This document shows positions 47,281 through 57,097 of a stretch of 64,000 nucleotides of DNA, piece by piece. This DNA is from an uncultured Lachnospiraceae bacterium (GTDB taxonomy: Bacteria; Bacillota; Clostridia; Lachnospirales; Lachnospiraceae). Made by a program: the position numbers and the translations under genes. The notes under the pieces were generated by a model. It was given only the letters and a program-made list of their open reading frames with translations. It did no database searches and had not been told where the DNA came from. Each line of letters opens with the position of its first letter. The stretch's first letter is position 1. The stretch is taken from NCBI GenBank assembly GCA_947089585.1, contig CAMULB010000001.1, positions 440-64,439 on the forward strand. Direction: 5' to 3'.

Positions 47281-48636
47281 ATGCAGATTACTCAGGAGAT
47301 GAGCCTGATTGAGAAACTTCACATCCTAACCGACGCTGCCAAGTACGATGTAGCCTGCACCTCCAGCGGGGTAGACCGGGGCGGCAACGGCAAGAGTATG
47401 GGCAATTGTCTGGCCCCCGGCGTCTGCCACTCCTTTTCCTCCGACGGACGCTGTATCTCCCTGTTGAAGATCCTTTTTACGAACGAATGTATCTTTAATT
47501 GTTCTTATTGTCTTAACAATTGCAACAATGATGTCAAGCGAGCCTCCTTTACCCCTGAGGAGATCTGCACATTGACGATGGAATTCTATCGCCGCAATTA
47601 CATTGAAGGGCTGTTTCTCAGCTCAGGCATTCTGATCAGCCCGAATTATACGATGGATTTGATCTATCAGACCTTGTACCGGTTACGGCATGTGCATCAT
47701 TTCAACGGCTACATTCATGTGAAAGCAATTCCCGGCGCAGATCCGGTTTTAGTGGAACAGACCGGTTTTCTGGCAGACCGCATGAGCATCAATCTGGAGC
47801 TCCCAACCTCTGAGAGCCTTCATCGGCTTGCGCCTTACAAGTCCCGCAAGACCATTTTGAAGCCAATGCGTCAGATTCAGAACCGGATTCAACAGAACAA
47901 ATATGCACTTTTAGAACAGAATCGGGGAACACTTTGCCGCACTGTGGGACATGAGACGGGAGAGGTAAGCTCTGCAAGGAATCCGCAAGCTCCCCGTTTT
48001 GTTCCGGCTGGACAGAGTACGCAGATGATCATAGGCGCAACGCCGGAGAACGATTTTCAGGTCATGAGCGTGGCGGAGGGGCTGTATCAGAATTTCGGAC
48101 TGAAACGCGTCTTTTACTCCGCTTTTGTCAATGTCACCAACAATACCAATCTACCAATGCTGCCGCAAGGCCCGCCGCTTTTAAGAGAGCATCGGCTCTA
48201 TCAGGCAGACTGGCTGCTGCGCTATTATCATTTCCAGGTTTCTGAGCTTTTGTCCGAGGAACGGCCGGATTTCAACATCTATCTGGATCCCAAATGCGAC
48301 TGGGCGCTCCGTCATCTGGAATGCTTTCCGGTCGAGATCAATCAAGCCGAATATCGAACCCTGCTTCGCGTTCCTGGGATTGGCTACAAGTCGGCGCAGC
48401 GCATTTTGCAGGCCAGGAAGCATACTGCCTTAACCTTTGCGGATTTGAAGAAGATTGGCGTTGTACTGAAGCGTGCCTTGTATTTTATTACCTGCGGCGG
48501 GAAGATGATGTACCGCACCAAGCTGGAGGAGGACTACATCTGCCGCAACTTAATTGGCGATCGGTCACAGATTCCCCGTGAGATCCGACAGAGCAGTTAT
48601 CAGCAGCTCAGCCTGTTTGATCTTGGGCATGTTTAA
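47281..48636 (+). CDS. Putative DNA modification/repair radical SAM protein (TIGR03916-like)
   Basis: CIFNCSYC (Cx3Cx2C) cluster motif in the N-half and a helix-hairpin-helix (RVPGIGYKSAQRILQAR) in the C-half; 451 aa. Confidence 0.8.
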   Translation: MQITQEMSLIEKLHILTDAAKYDVACTSSGVDRGGNGKSMGNCLAPGVCHSFSSDGRCISLLKILFTNECIFNCSYCLNNCNNDVKRASFTPEEICTLTMEFYRRNYIEGLFLSSGILISPNYTMDLIYQTLYRLRHVHHFNGYIHVKAIPGADPVLVEQTGFLADRMSINLELPTSESLHRLAPYKSRKTILKPMRQIQNRIQQNKYALLEQNRGTLCRTVGHETGEVSSARNPQAPRFVPAGQSTQMIIGATPENDFQVMSVAEGLYQNFGLKRVFYSAFVNVTNNTNLPMLPQGPPLLREHRLYQADWLLRYYHFQVSELLSEERPDFNIYLDPKCDWALRHLECFPVEINQAEYRTLLRVPGIGYKSAQRILQARKHTALTFADLKKIGVVLKRALYFITCGGKMMYRTKLEEDYICRNLIGDRSQIPREIRQSSYQQLSLFDLGHV

Positions 48637-48686
48637 AAAATGCCCCCACTGTACCGCAGAATATCACCCATACAGGAGCAACGAGT

Positions 48687-49511
48687 ATGCATATCCTAAT
48701 TTGTGAACACAGCATTGACGGGATCTTTTCCGGCATTTATGAGGCCTATGCCAGGCGTTACGGCCATCGCAACACGGAGCTTGCCCTTTCCTGCAACTTG
48801 AACAGCTATCAGCTGTTCTGCGAATATGAAGAGATACCGGTCGCGGAAGCAAAGAGCCGCAAGGTTTCCAACACGCTGCGGGCCCGTTTCGGCAGCGAAG
48901 TATATTCACACCTCTGCGAAGCCATCAGCGCCTACGAGTCCCCCAGCGCACGCCGCAGAAGCATTGATAAGGCGGAAGCAGTCTATAAGACGGTGGTCTT
49001 AGGACTTTCGCTTGCTGACGGCAGCAAGATTCTTGACCAATTGGGCAATCCCTATGTAAATCGTGTTTTTCAGTTAAGCCGCAGTACGTTTAACGAAGCG
49101 CACCATTTACTCGGATTTCTCCGTTTCAGCGAATTAGAAAACGGCATTCTCTTTGCCAGAATTCACCCTAAGAATGATGTTCTTGCACTTTTGGCAGATC
49201 ATTTTACCGACCGCCTGCCGCTGGAGAATTTCATCATCTACGATCAAGTTCGGAAAATCGCCGCCGTTCATAAGAGCGGCAGCAATTATATGCTCGCGGA
49301 GGTTCCCAACGGAGCAGACGATTATGCAAAGCACTATTCCGATCAGGAATTGGAATACCGCCGGCTCTGGCTTGCATTTTTCCACAGCATCGCAGTGGAA
49401 GCACGCAAGAATCTACACCTTCAAGGCCAGAATCTGCCCAAGCGCTTTCGGCCGGATATGGTGGAATTTCATAGCGACAGTTCCGATCATCCGGCCAGCC
49501 TTAAATTGTAA
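48687..49511 (+). CDS. TIGR03915-like putative DNA metabolism protein (partner of the radical SAM protein)
   Basis: 274 aa, N-terminus MHILICEHSIDGIFSGIYEAY. The conserved pairing directly downstream of the radical SAM gene is the family hallmark. Confidence 0.7.
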   Translation: MHILICEHSIDGIFSGIYEAYARRYGHRNTELALSCNLNSYQLFCEYEEIPVAEAKSRKVSNTLRARFGSEVYSHLCEAISAYESPSARRRSIDKAEAVYKTVVLGLSLADGSKILDQLGNPYVNRVFQLSRSTFNEAHHLLGFLRFSELENGILFARIHPKNDVLALLADHFTDRLPLENFIIYDQVRKIAAVHKSGSNYMLAEVPNGADDYAKHYSDQELEYRRLWLAFFHSIAVEARKNLHLQGQNLPKRFRPDMVEFHSDSSDHPASLKL

Positions 49512-49554
49512 TTGTAATCGCGAAGGCCAGAATGATTCCAACCCCCAACTTCCT

Positions 49555-50421
49555 TTATTTGAATTGACTCAAACGATTACTGAGTGACGCAAATTGTTCC
49601 AGCGTCAATACCTCTCCGCGGACATTGGACGTAAGACCCAGATCCTCAATCGCCTGTTCGATTTCCTCCTTGGAGCACGGGATTGTACCGGAATTCGACA
49701 ATCCGTTGGCCAACGTCTTTCGCCGCTGATTGAAGGAAGCGCGAATAATTTGAAACAGCAGCTTCTCATCCGCGACCTCTACCGGCGGCTTCGGATGACG
49801 CGTGAGACGAATGACGGCGCTCCCTACCTTCGGCCGGGGCATAAAGCAGTTCGGCGGCACATGCGCCACAATCTGCGGACTGGCATAATACTGTACAGCC
49901 AGAGACAATGCGCCGTAATCCTTCGTCCCTGGGCCTACCTGCATCCGCTGCGCGACTTCCTTTTGTACCATCACCGTGATACTCTCAACCGGCGCATGGC
50001 TTTCCAGCAGCCCCATAATGATCGGCGTAGTAATATAATATGGAAGATTGGCGACAACCTGAATCGGTCTGCCATGATTCTTTACACGAATCAATTCCAA
50101 AATATCCAGTTTTAAGATATCTTTATGAATCACTTCAATGTTCTGATATTCCTTTAACGTATCATGCAGGATCGGAATCAGCGCAGAATCAATCTCTACG
50201 GCAATCACCTGACGGGCATGTTCACACAGCATCTGCGTCATCGTACCAATGCCCGGCCCGATTTCCAGAACGAGATCGTCTTTGCCTATCTGAGCAGACT
50301 GAATGATCTTCTCCAATACACGCGGATCAATTAAAAAATTTTGTCCATACTTTTTTTGAAAGTTGAACTGATATTTTTGCAGCACAGCAATCGTCTGCTG
50401 TGGATTTCCCAAATCTGCCAT
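49555..50421 (-). CDS. rsmA: 16S rRNA (adenine1518/1519-N6)-dimethyltransferase
   Basis: KKYGQNFL and EIGPGIGTMT SAM motifs; 288 aa. Confidence 0.9.
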   Translation of the reverse strand: MADLGNPQQTIAVLQKYQFNFQKKYGQNFLIDPRVLEKIIQSAQIGKDDLVLEIGPGIGTMTQMLCEHARQVIAVEIDSALIPILHDTLKEYQNIEVIHKDILKLDILELIRVKNHGRPIQVVANLPYYITTPIIMGLLESHAPVESITVMVQKEVAQRMQVGPGTKDYGALSLAVQYYASPQIVAHVPPNCFMPRPKVGSAVIRLTRHPKPPVEVADEKLLFQIIRASFNQRRKTLANGLSNSGTIPCSKEEIEQAIEDLGLTSNVRGEVLTLEQFASLSNRLSQFK

Positions 50422-50435
50422 TTGTTTCCTTCCTG

Positions 50436-51200
50436 TCAGAAACCGTACAATTCTTCTGCATTACGGAATGTGACCGCTTCTACCTCCTGAAGCGTACAAT
50501 CCTTGATCTGTGCAATCGCTTCAATTACATACGGAAGATAGAGCGATTGATTGCGCTTTCCCCGATACGGCTCAGGAGCCAAATAGGGGCAGTCTGTTTC
50601 AATCACAATCCGTTCCAAAGGAATTGCTTTCACCGTCTCTTTTAATTTTTTGGCATTTTTAAAGGTGACAACGCCGCCGACCCCAATATAATACCCCATT
50701 TTTACATATTCCTGAGCCAATTCTTTCGAGTAAGAGAAGCAATGAATCACGCCGTGGATCCCATGCTCTTGTTTTAGAAGCTCCATCGTATCCTCAGCTG
50801 CATCCCGTGAATGAATAATGACCGGAAGCTTCGTCTCCCTGGCCAGCGAAAGCTGGCGCAGGAACCAATACTTCTGCTGCTCCTGCCGGGCCGGATCTTT
50901 CTCCCAGTAATAGTCAAGTCCGATCTCTCCCACTGCCACAGCTTTTGGATGGCCAGTTTGTACCTTGAGCCATCCAAAGCTCTCTTCGTTCAGACAGTCC
51001 ACCTCACTGGGATGAACCCCTACGGCGGCATAGATAAAATCATAAGCGTCCGCCAACGAAAGCGTCTTTCTCGTCGTGTCAATACTTGCCCCAATATTGA
51101 CAATTTTGGTAATTTGGTTGCTCTTCATGGAAGAAAGCAGCTGATCTCGATCTTGATCAAATTGCTTGTCATCATAATGCGCATGGCTATCAAAAATCAT
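50436..51200 (-). CDS. tatD: TatD-family metal-dependent DNase/hydrolase
   Basis: MIFDSHAHY, a VAVGEIGLDY-like motif and IHSRDA motifs. Confidence 0.88.
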   Translation of the reverse strand: MIFDSHAHYDDKQFDQDRDQLLSSMKSNQITKIVNIGASIDTTRKTLSLADAYDFIYAAVGVHPSEVDCLNEESFGWLKVQTGHPKAVAVGEIGLDYYWEKDPARQEQQKYWFLRQLSLARETKLPVIIHSRDAAEDTMELLKQEHGIHGVIHCFSYSKELAQEYVKMGYYIGVGGVVTFKNAKKLKETVKAIPLERIVIETDCPYLAPEPYRGKRNQSLYLPYVIEAIAQIKDCTLQEVEAVTFRNAEELYGF

Positions 51201-51202
51201 AA

Positions 51203-53179
51203 TTAAGAAATCTCCGCACCGGAGGGCATCGTTTTCTCCGGAGTAAGCAAAGCCAGGTTACCTTCTGCATCCTCGGCACACAACAGCATTCCTTCTGACA
51301 AAACACCCGCCAGCTTGGCCGGTTTTAAGTTCACCAGCACCATAACCTTCTTTCCCACCATCTCCTTTGCACTGTAATGTGCCTTGATGCCGGAGACAAT
51401 CTGTTTGATCTGGCTGCCAATCCGCACCTGCGAACAGAGAAGCTTCTTTGACTTTGGAACCTCTTCACAGGCAATGATCTCTCCCACCTGAAATTGCATC
51501 CTACTGAAATCATCGAATGTAATTTCCGCCTTCGGTTCAACGTCAATTCCCTGCTCTTCCATCGTCTCAGGCTGCTTTGCTTCCTCCTCCTGCACAGGCG
51601 GATGAAGCTCCTCAACCTTTTTTAATACTTCCTCCACATCGAGACGGGCAAAGAGAATCTGTGGCTTGTCGGTTACTTTTGTCCCATTCTCATAGAGTCC
51701 AAAGGTCGTAAGCTGGTCATAAGTACGTCTTGTCGTATTGAGCTGAGCAAAAATCTTGTCCGCAGTTTCCGGCATAAAGCTTTCCAACAAAGTTGTACCG
51801 ATGCAGATACTTTCTACCAGATTATAAAGCACCGTAGCCAGACGCTCTTGCTTTGCTTCATCCTTTGCCAGCGCCCAGGGCATTGTTTCGTCAATATATT
51901 TGTTGCACCGCTTGAACAGTGTAAAGATCTCAGTAATCCCATCTGCGACTCGAAGCTGAGCCATTTTATCGCTGACTTTTTGCGCCGTACCGATCGCTAA
52001 TTGCTTCAATTCGTCATCGACTGCTTCCGCGACACCCGCATTGCTTACCACACCGCCAAAATATTTGTTGCTCATGGAGATCGTGCGGTTGACCAGATTT
52101 CCCAAAGTATTGGCCAGATCGGAATTCAAACGCTCCACCAAAAGCTCCCAGGAAATCACCCCGTCATTATCAAACGGCATCTCATGCAGCACAAAGTAAC
52201 GCACGGCATCCACGCCAAAGAATTCCACCAGCTCGTCCGCGTAGAGCACATTGCCTTTCGATTTGCTCATCTTGCCGTCTCCCTGCAGCAGCCAGGGATG
52301 TCCAAAGATCTGCTTCGGCAGCGGCAAATCCAGCGCCATTAAAAAGATCGGCCAATAGATTGTATGAAAGCGGATGATATCCTTGCCGATCAGATGCAGA
52401 TCCGCCGGCCAGTTTTTCTCAAACTGCGCTGAGGATGTGCCGCCGCAATCGTATCCGATGCCGGTGATATAGTTTGTCAGTGCATCTAGCCAGACATATA
52501 CCACATGCTTCGGATCAAAGTCTACCGGAATGCCCCAGGAAAAAGAAGTGCGGGACACGCACAGATCCTGAAGCCCCGGCAGCAAAAAGTTATTCATCAT
52601 CTCATTTTTGCGGGAAACCGGCTGGATAAATTCTGGATGCGTCTGTATATGCTCAATCAGCCGATCCGCATATTTGCTCATTTTAAAGAAATATGCCTCC
52701 TCCTTGGCCGGAACTACCTCACGCCCGCAGTCTGGACATTTTCCATTCACTAACTGAGATTCCGTAAAAAAGGACTCGCAAGGGGTACAATACATTCCTT
52801 CATAATGTCCTTTATAGATATCTCCTTGATCATAGAGCTTGCGAAAGATCTTCTGTACCTGCGCCTCATGATCTGTATCGGTCGTGCGGATAAATTTGTC
52901 ATACGTTGTATTCATCATATCCCAGATCTTCTGCACCTGACCTGCAACCCGATCGACATACTCCTTGGGACTGACGCCGACATCTGAGGCTTTTAATTCA
53001 ATCTTCTGACCGTGCTCATCCGTCCCGGTCTGAAAAAATACATCATAGCCTTCCAGCCGTTTGTAACGGGCAATGCTGTCAGCCAAAACGATCTCATACG
53101 TATTGCCGATATGCGGCTTTCCCGATGTATAAGCAATTGCCGTCGTCATGTAGAATTTCTTCCTGCATTTATCACACAT
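51203..53179 (-). CDS. metG: Methionine--tRNA ligase with C-terminal tRNA-binding domain
   Basis: KPHIGNTYE (HIGH), KMSKSKGN (KMSKS) and a Zn knuckle (CPDCG). A C-terminal EMAP/Trbp111-like domain is present. Confidence 0.92.
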   Translation of the reverse strand: MCDKCRKKFYMTTAIAYTSGKPHIGNTYEIVLADSIARYKRLEGYDVFFQTGTDEHGQKIELKASDVGVSPKEYVDRVAGQVQKIWDMMNTTYDKFIRTTDTDHEAQVQKIFRKLYDQGDIYKGHYEGMYCTPCESFFTESQLVNGKCPDCGREVVPAKEEAYFFKMSKYADRLIEHIQTHPEFIQPVSRKNEMMNNFLLPGLQDLCVSRTSFSWGIPVDFDPKHVVYVWLDALTNYITGIGYDCGGTSSAQFEKNWPADLHLIGKDIIRFHTIYWPIFLMALDLPLPKQIFGHPWLLQGDGKMSKSKGNVLYADELVEFFGVDAVRYFVLHEMPFDNDGVISWELLVERLNSDLANTLGNLVNRTISMSNKYFGGVVSNAGVAEAVDDELKQLAIGTAQKVSDKMAQLRVADGITEIFTLFKRCNKYIDETMPWALAKDEAKQERLATVLYNLVESICIGTTLLESFMPETADKIFAQLNTTRRTYDQLTTFGLYENGTKVTDKPQILFARLDVEEVLKKVEELHPPVQEEEAKQPETMEEQGIDVEPKAEITFDDFSRMQFQVGEIIACEEVPKSKKLLCSQVRIGSQIKQIVSGIKAHYSAKEMVGKKVMVLVNLKPAKLAGVLSEGMLLCAEDAEGNLALLTPEKTMPSGAEIS

Positions 53180-53250
53180 GAATGTTCCACCTTCCTGTTT
53201 TTAAATTCGTATTTCTCTATTATAGGTGTTTCCATGCGTCTTTTCAACTA

Positions 53251-54180
53251 TTATCGCAAACAAATGTAGAAGATATAAGCCGCATACATCAAAAGCATGA
53301 CAATTCCCTCTCCGCGGCTGATATTGCTGCGAATCCAGGCGAAGAGAAATGTGACCAGACTCATTGCCATCAGCAGCACACCGTCGATGATATTTTCTGT
53401 CAGAACCGCCATCGGGCTCACCAGCCCTGCCACTCCCAGAATGAGCAGTACATTAAAAATATTAGAACCAATTACATTTCCCAATGCCATATCCGCATCA
53501 CCTTTTTTCGCAGCCACCAGCGACGTCACCAGCTCCGGCAGCGATGTTCCAAAAGCGACAATCGTCAGCCCAATTAAGGTCTGGCTTAAGCCAAAGGATG
53601 TGGCAATCGCCGAAGCTGAGTCTACAACCAGATCGCCGCCAAGCACGATCGCGGCAATTCCAATCGGAATATAGAGCACACATTTGAAGATTGGCATGGA
53701 TTTTTCCACTTCTTCCTCCTCTGTCTCCTCCCTTGATTTTTTTGCTGAACGCACCATCCAGAGAAGAAAGCAAAGAAAAAGAAGCATCAAGATCGCACCC
53801 TCGACCCGATTGAGCGACATCCCCATCCAGCACAGAACCAGAAAAATTCCTGCTGCCAAAATAGAGACTGGAAATTCTATCTTTAACGTAGAGGTTTTAA
53901 TTGACAGCGGCTGAAATAAGGCACAGGCCCCACAGACCACCATCAGATTAAAAATATTCGATCCAATCACATTACTGATGGCAATCGAATTATTTCCTTT
54001 AAAGGACGCCGCCGTACTCACCGCCAGCTCCGGCGCACTGGTGCCCATGGCTACTATCGTCATCCCGATAATCAAAGTTGGTACTCTAAGCCGCCTGGCC
54101 ACGCCGGCGCTTCCGTCTACAAACCAGTCCGCCCCTTTAATCAGTAACAAAAATCCTGCAATTAAGAATAAATAATCCAT
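53251..54180 (-). CDS. CaCA-family sodium/calcium antiporter (YrbG-like)
   Basis: Two alpha-repeats (GTSAPELAVS and GTSLPELVTS). I chose the start MDYLFLIAG at 54180; the track ORF extends to 54357. Confidence 0.85.
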   Translation of the reverse strand: MDYLFLIAGFLLLIKGADWFVDGSAGVARRLRVPTLIIGMTIVAMGTSAPELAVSTAASFKGNNSIAISNVIGSNIFNLMVVCGACALFQPLSIKTSTLKIEFPVSILAAGIFLVLCWMGMSLNRVEGAILMLLFLCFLLWMVRSAKKSREETEEEEVEKSMPIFKCVLYIPIGIAAIVLGGDLVVDSASAIATSFGLSQTLIGLTIVAFGTSLPELVTSLVAAKKGDADMALGNVIGSNIFNVLLILGVAGLVSPMAVLTENIIDGVLLMAMSLVTFLFAWIRSNISRGEGIVMLLMYAAYIFYICLR

Positions 54181-54210
54181 TTTCTGCTCCTTCCTGAATA
54201 TATTTTTATT

Positions 54211-54239
54211 TTGCAAAAACAGACAGCCTATGCTATAAT
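54211..54239 (+). promoter_or_regulatory. Promoter of the aminotransferase gene
   Basis: TTGCAA, a 17-nt spacer ending in TGc, then TATAAT. It leaves a leader of roughly 125 nt. Confidence 0.6.
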
Positions 54240-54372
54240 AATTCACGGCTTTAACGTTATAAAGTAACCAAATCTCAAGCAGAAACGGTTCCAGTACGCA
54301 AATTTCTGCCTGAATGGAGTATGAATTCCAAGTATTAAACCAATACGAAACTGCCAAGGAGGATAAATAATT

Positions 54373-55566
54373 ATGGTATCAAAACGTATGCAGGCTTCTT
54401 TGGAAGGTTCCATTTGCATCCGGGATATTTTTGAAGAAGGAAAAAAATTAGCTGCCATCTATGGAAAAGAAAATATTTTTAACTTTAGTATTGGCAATCC
54501 CAGCGTAGAACCCCCTGCCATTGTCAATGCGGCCATGAAAGAAGTGCTCGATTCGGAAGATGCTCTGACGCTGCACGGATATCCGGCAAATGTCGGTCAT
54601 CCGGATGTGCGCCAAGCTGTAGCAAAGCATTTAAACAAGAATTTTGAGACCAGCTACACGCTGGACAACATCATTATGACCAGCGGAGCCGCTTCTGCCA
54701 TTGCTATTTTGTGTAATACATTCCTCGATCCAGAAGACGAAGTAATCACCTTTGCCCCCTATTTCTGGGAGTACAAAAGCTACGTCGAGTCCTTCTACGG
54801 AAAACTCGTTCCAGCGCTCTGTGATCAAAAGACCCTGCAGCCGGACGAAAAAACGTTTGAAAAAGCTTTTTCCCCCCGTACCAAATTCGTCCTGATCAAC
54901 ACACCGAACAATCCGACCGGCGCTGTCTATACAGAAGCCTCCATCCGCATGGTGGCAAAAGTGATGCAGCAAAAAGAGCTGGAATACGGCCATCCAATTT
55001 ATCTTATTTCCGATGAACCATACCGAAATCTGGCCTACAATAACATTCCGGTGCCCTATTTAACACACTATTATAGAAATACGATTGTTGTATATTCCTA
55101 CAGCAAGGCCTTGTCCATTCCCGGCGAGCGTATCGGTTATATCGCCATCGAAAGCTGTGTAGACGATTTTGCAGAGATCATTGCTACTGCTACCGCCTCT
55201 ATCCGCTATCTCGGCTATGTAAACGCTCCTTCTCTCCAACAGAAAATGTTGAAAAAATGTGTTGATGCATCGGTCGATATCAGCATTTATGAAAAGACAA
55301 GAGATATCCTTTACGACGGATTGACGGCAATGGGCTACGAATGCATTCATCCGGACGGCGCATTCTATCTGTTTGTCAAGGCTTTGGAAGAGGATGATAC
55401 CAGCTTCTGCAATGAAGCAAAGAAGGAAAGAATCATCATGGCTCCCGGTTCTGCCTTTTATGGGCCAGGATGGGTACGAATCTCCTATTGTGTGCCTTCT
55501 GAACTGGCCAAAGCCAGCCTCCCGGCCTTCCAACGACTCAAAGAACGCTACGACCGCGGCGCATGA
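54373..55566 (+). CDS. Class I/II PLP-dependent aminotransferase (AspC-like)
   Basis: NPTG, SYSKALSIPGERIGY (PLP Lys) and RISY motifs; 397 aa. Confidence 0.85.
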   Translation: MVSKRMQASLEGSICIRDIFEEGKKLAAIYGKENIFNFSIGNPSVEPPAIVNAAMKEVLDSEDALTLHGYPANVGHPDVRQAVAKHLNKNFETSYTLDNIIMTSGAASAIAILCNTFLDPEDEVITFAPYFWEYKSYVESFYGKLVPALCDQKTLQPDEKTFEKAFSPRTKFVLINTPNNPTGAVYTEASIRMVAKVMQQKELEYGHPIYLISDEPYRNLAYNNIPVPYLTHYYRNTIVVYSYSKALSIPGERIGYIAIESCVDDFAEIIATATASIRYLGYVNAPSLQQKMLKKCVDASVDISIYEKTRDILYDGLTAMGYECIHPDGAFYLFVKALEEDDTSFCNEAKKERIIMAPGSAFYGPGWVRISYCVPSELAKASLPAFQRLKERYDRGA

Positions 55567-55575
55567 GTATGCGCT

Positions 55576-56979
55576 TTACACCTTTAGAGGTGAAAACCAG
55601 ATTTTTATTTCCGTACCTTTTCCTTCCTCGCTGATCAGCTCCATCTCGGCATCGTGCTGGGTCACAATATGCTTTACAATCGCAAGCCCCAGCCCGGTGC
55701 CGCCGCTCAGCTTGGAACGGCTCTTATCCACACGATAAAATCGTTCAAAGATCCTTTTTTGATGCTCTTTTGGAATTCCGATTCCAGTATCCTTGACTGA
55801 CAGCAGCACCTTCTCTGCTTCCCGACAGACAGAAAGTGTCACACTCCCGCCCCGATTATTGTAACGTACCGCATTGCTGCAAAGATTATATAATAACTCG
55901 TCGATCAGACTTTTATTGGCTGCAATCACACAAGCTTCTCCCTTTAAAATCAGCGATATCTCCTGTTTTCTTGCCTGCAGCTCCATCATATCCAAGCAGC
56001 CCTGCGCGGCCTGATACAGATCCATCGCTTCCTTCTCATATCCATGCTCCTTTTGCATATTGCCTCTTGAAGCATAATCCTGTTCCAGCTCATCCAGCTC
56101 TGAAAGCTTGATAATGTCGTTGATTAAAGTCAAAAGGCGCCCTGAGCTCTGACAAATCTCCTTGGCAAAATGGGCCGCATCCTCTTCCCCCGCCATCCCG
56201 CTGCCAATTAATTCTGCATAACCAGAAATCGCCGTCAAGGGCGTTTTTAGCTCGTGTGACACATTAGCCGTAAATTCCTGACGCATCCTGGCGTGATCAA
56301 GCAAATTCCTGTGCTGTTCCTTGATTGTCTGAATAAAGGGCCGAATCTCCTGATAAATCTCTTCTTCCTGAGCACCGTCTAAATGATCCGCCATACGCTC
56401 AATGGGAAAAAGAAGCCGTTTGGTCAGAAAATGGGACAGCAACGCGCAGGCTCCCAGCGTAATCACGGACAAAAAGGCTATCAAAAGTACGGTATTTTTT
56501 AAGATATAATAAATACTGGCAGAATCCTTCCCCACCCTCAGAATTCTTCCGTCCGTCAGACGAAACGCATAATACAAGGTGTGCATGGACACCGTATGGG
56601 AGGTTCGCACTGCCATTCCCTCGCCCGCTTCCATAGCCTGCAAAATCTCAGGCCGCATCTTATGATTTTCCATGTTGTTTTGATCGGCAATGCTGTCAAA
56701 AATGACCTTGCCGGAAGGCGCAACCAGAGTGATACGCAAACCATCCTTCTTTGGATCATATTCATCCTCTATCATCTGCACGCCATTCGCTTTTGCATGA
56801 GAGCTCTCATCCGTCATTCGCAAATCCTGTAGCTCACAAATCATATGAGCGTAAGATTTGAGATCGTCGTAAACCTGATTTTTAAAGATCGAAAAAAATA
56901 AAAGCGTCAGACCTGCAGCCGTCACCAAGATTGCAATTGCCGCAACCAGCAAAAATTGAAAATTAATCCGCGTTTTCAT
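55576..56979 (-). CDS. Sensor histidine kinase (PhoR-like architecture)
   Basis: Two TM segments, H-box SHELKTPLT and G2 box GGTGLGLAIVKH. I prefer the start MKTRINF at 56979; the in-frame alternative at 57093 runs through the palindromic element. Confidence 0.85.
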   Translation of the reverse strand: MKTRINFQFLLVAAIAILVTAAGLTLLFFSIFKNQVYDDLKSYAHMICELQDLRMTDESSHAKANGVQMIEDEYDPKKDGLRITLVAPSGKVIFDSIADQNNMENHKMRPEILQAMEAGEGMAVRTSHTVSMHTLYYAFRLTDGRILRVGKDSASIYYILKNTVLLIAFLSVITLGACALLSHFLTKRLLFPIERMADHLDGAQEEEIYQEIRPFIQTIKEQHRNLLDHARMRQEFTANVSHELKTPLTAISGYAELIGSGMAGEEDAAHFAKEICQSSGRLLTLINDIIKLSELDELEQDYASRGNMQKEHGYEKEAMDLYQAAQGCLDMMELQARKQEISLILKGEACVIAANKSLIDELLYNLCSNAVRYNNRGGSVTLSVCREAEKVLLSVKDTGIGIPKEHQKRIFERFYRVDKSRSKLSGGTGLGLAIVKHIVTQHDAEMELISEEGKGTEIKIWFSPLKV

Positions 56980-56986
56980 ACCTCGT

Positions 56987-57078
56987 CGAACGTAGTTCGC
57001 CCGCCCCTTGGGGGCTTGCTTTTCGGTATACCCTTTGGGTATACCTTTCCGAACGTAGTTCGCCCGCCCCTTGGGGGC
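56987..57078. repeat. 92-bp multi-hairpin palindromic element between the RR and HK genes
   Basis: A 29-bp direct repeat cgaacgtagttcgcccgccccttgggggc occurs at 56987-57015 and 57050-57078. Each copy contains 2 short palindromes. They flank the central palindrome ggtataccctttgggtatacc (57025-57045). Confidence 0.9.
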
Positions 57079-57097
57079 CTGATTTACTTTCATCCAT

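Noticed and set aside
53180-53250. T-box leader upstream of metG.
   Set aside because: The gap to the upstream gene is about 70 nt, with no Stem I or T-box features.
54181-54357. 59-aa N-terminal extension of the CaCA antiporter in the track ORF.
   Set aside because: The extension is not hydrophobic and overlaps the divergent aminotransferase promoter and leader. MDYLFLIAGFLLLIKGADWFV at 54180 is the canonical family N-terminus.
56980-57093. Long form of the histidine kinase starting at 57093, adding a duplicated QAPKGRANYVR peptide.
   Set aside because: The extra 38 codons coincide exactly with a palindromic DNA element, and the MKTRINF start gives the usual short cytoplasmic N-terminus before TM1. 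It is kept as an alternative in the findings because the frame is open and the 57093 ATG lies only 5 nt from the RR stop.
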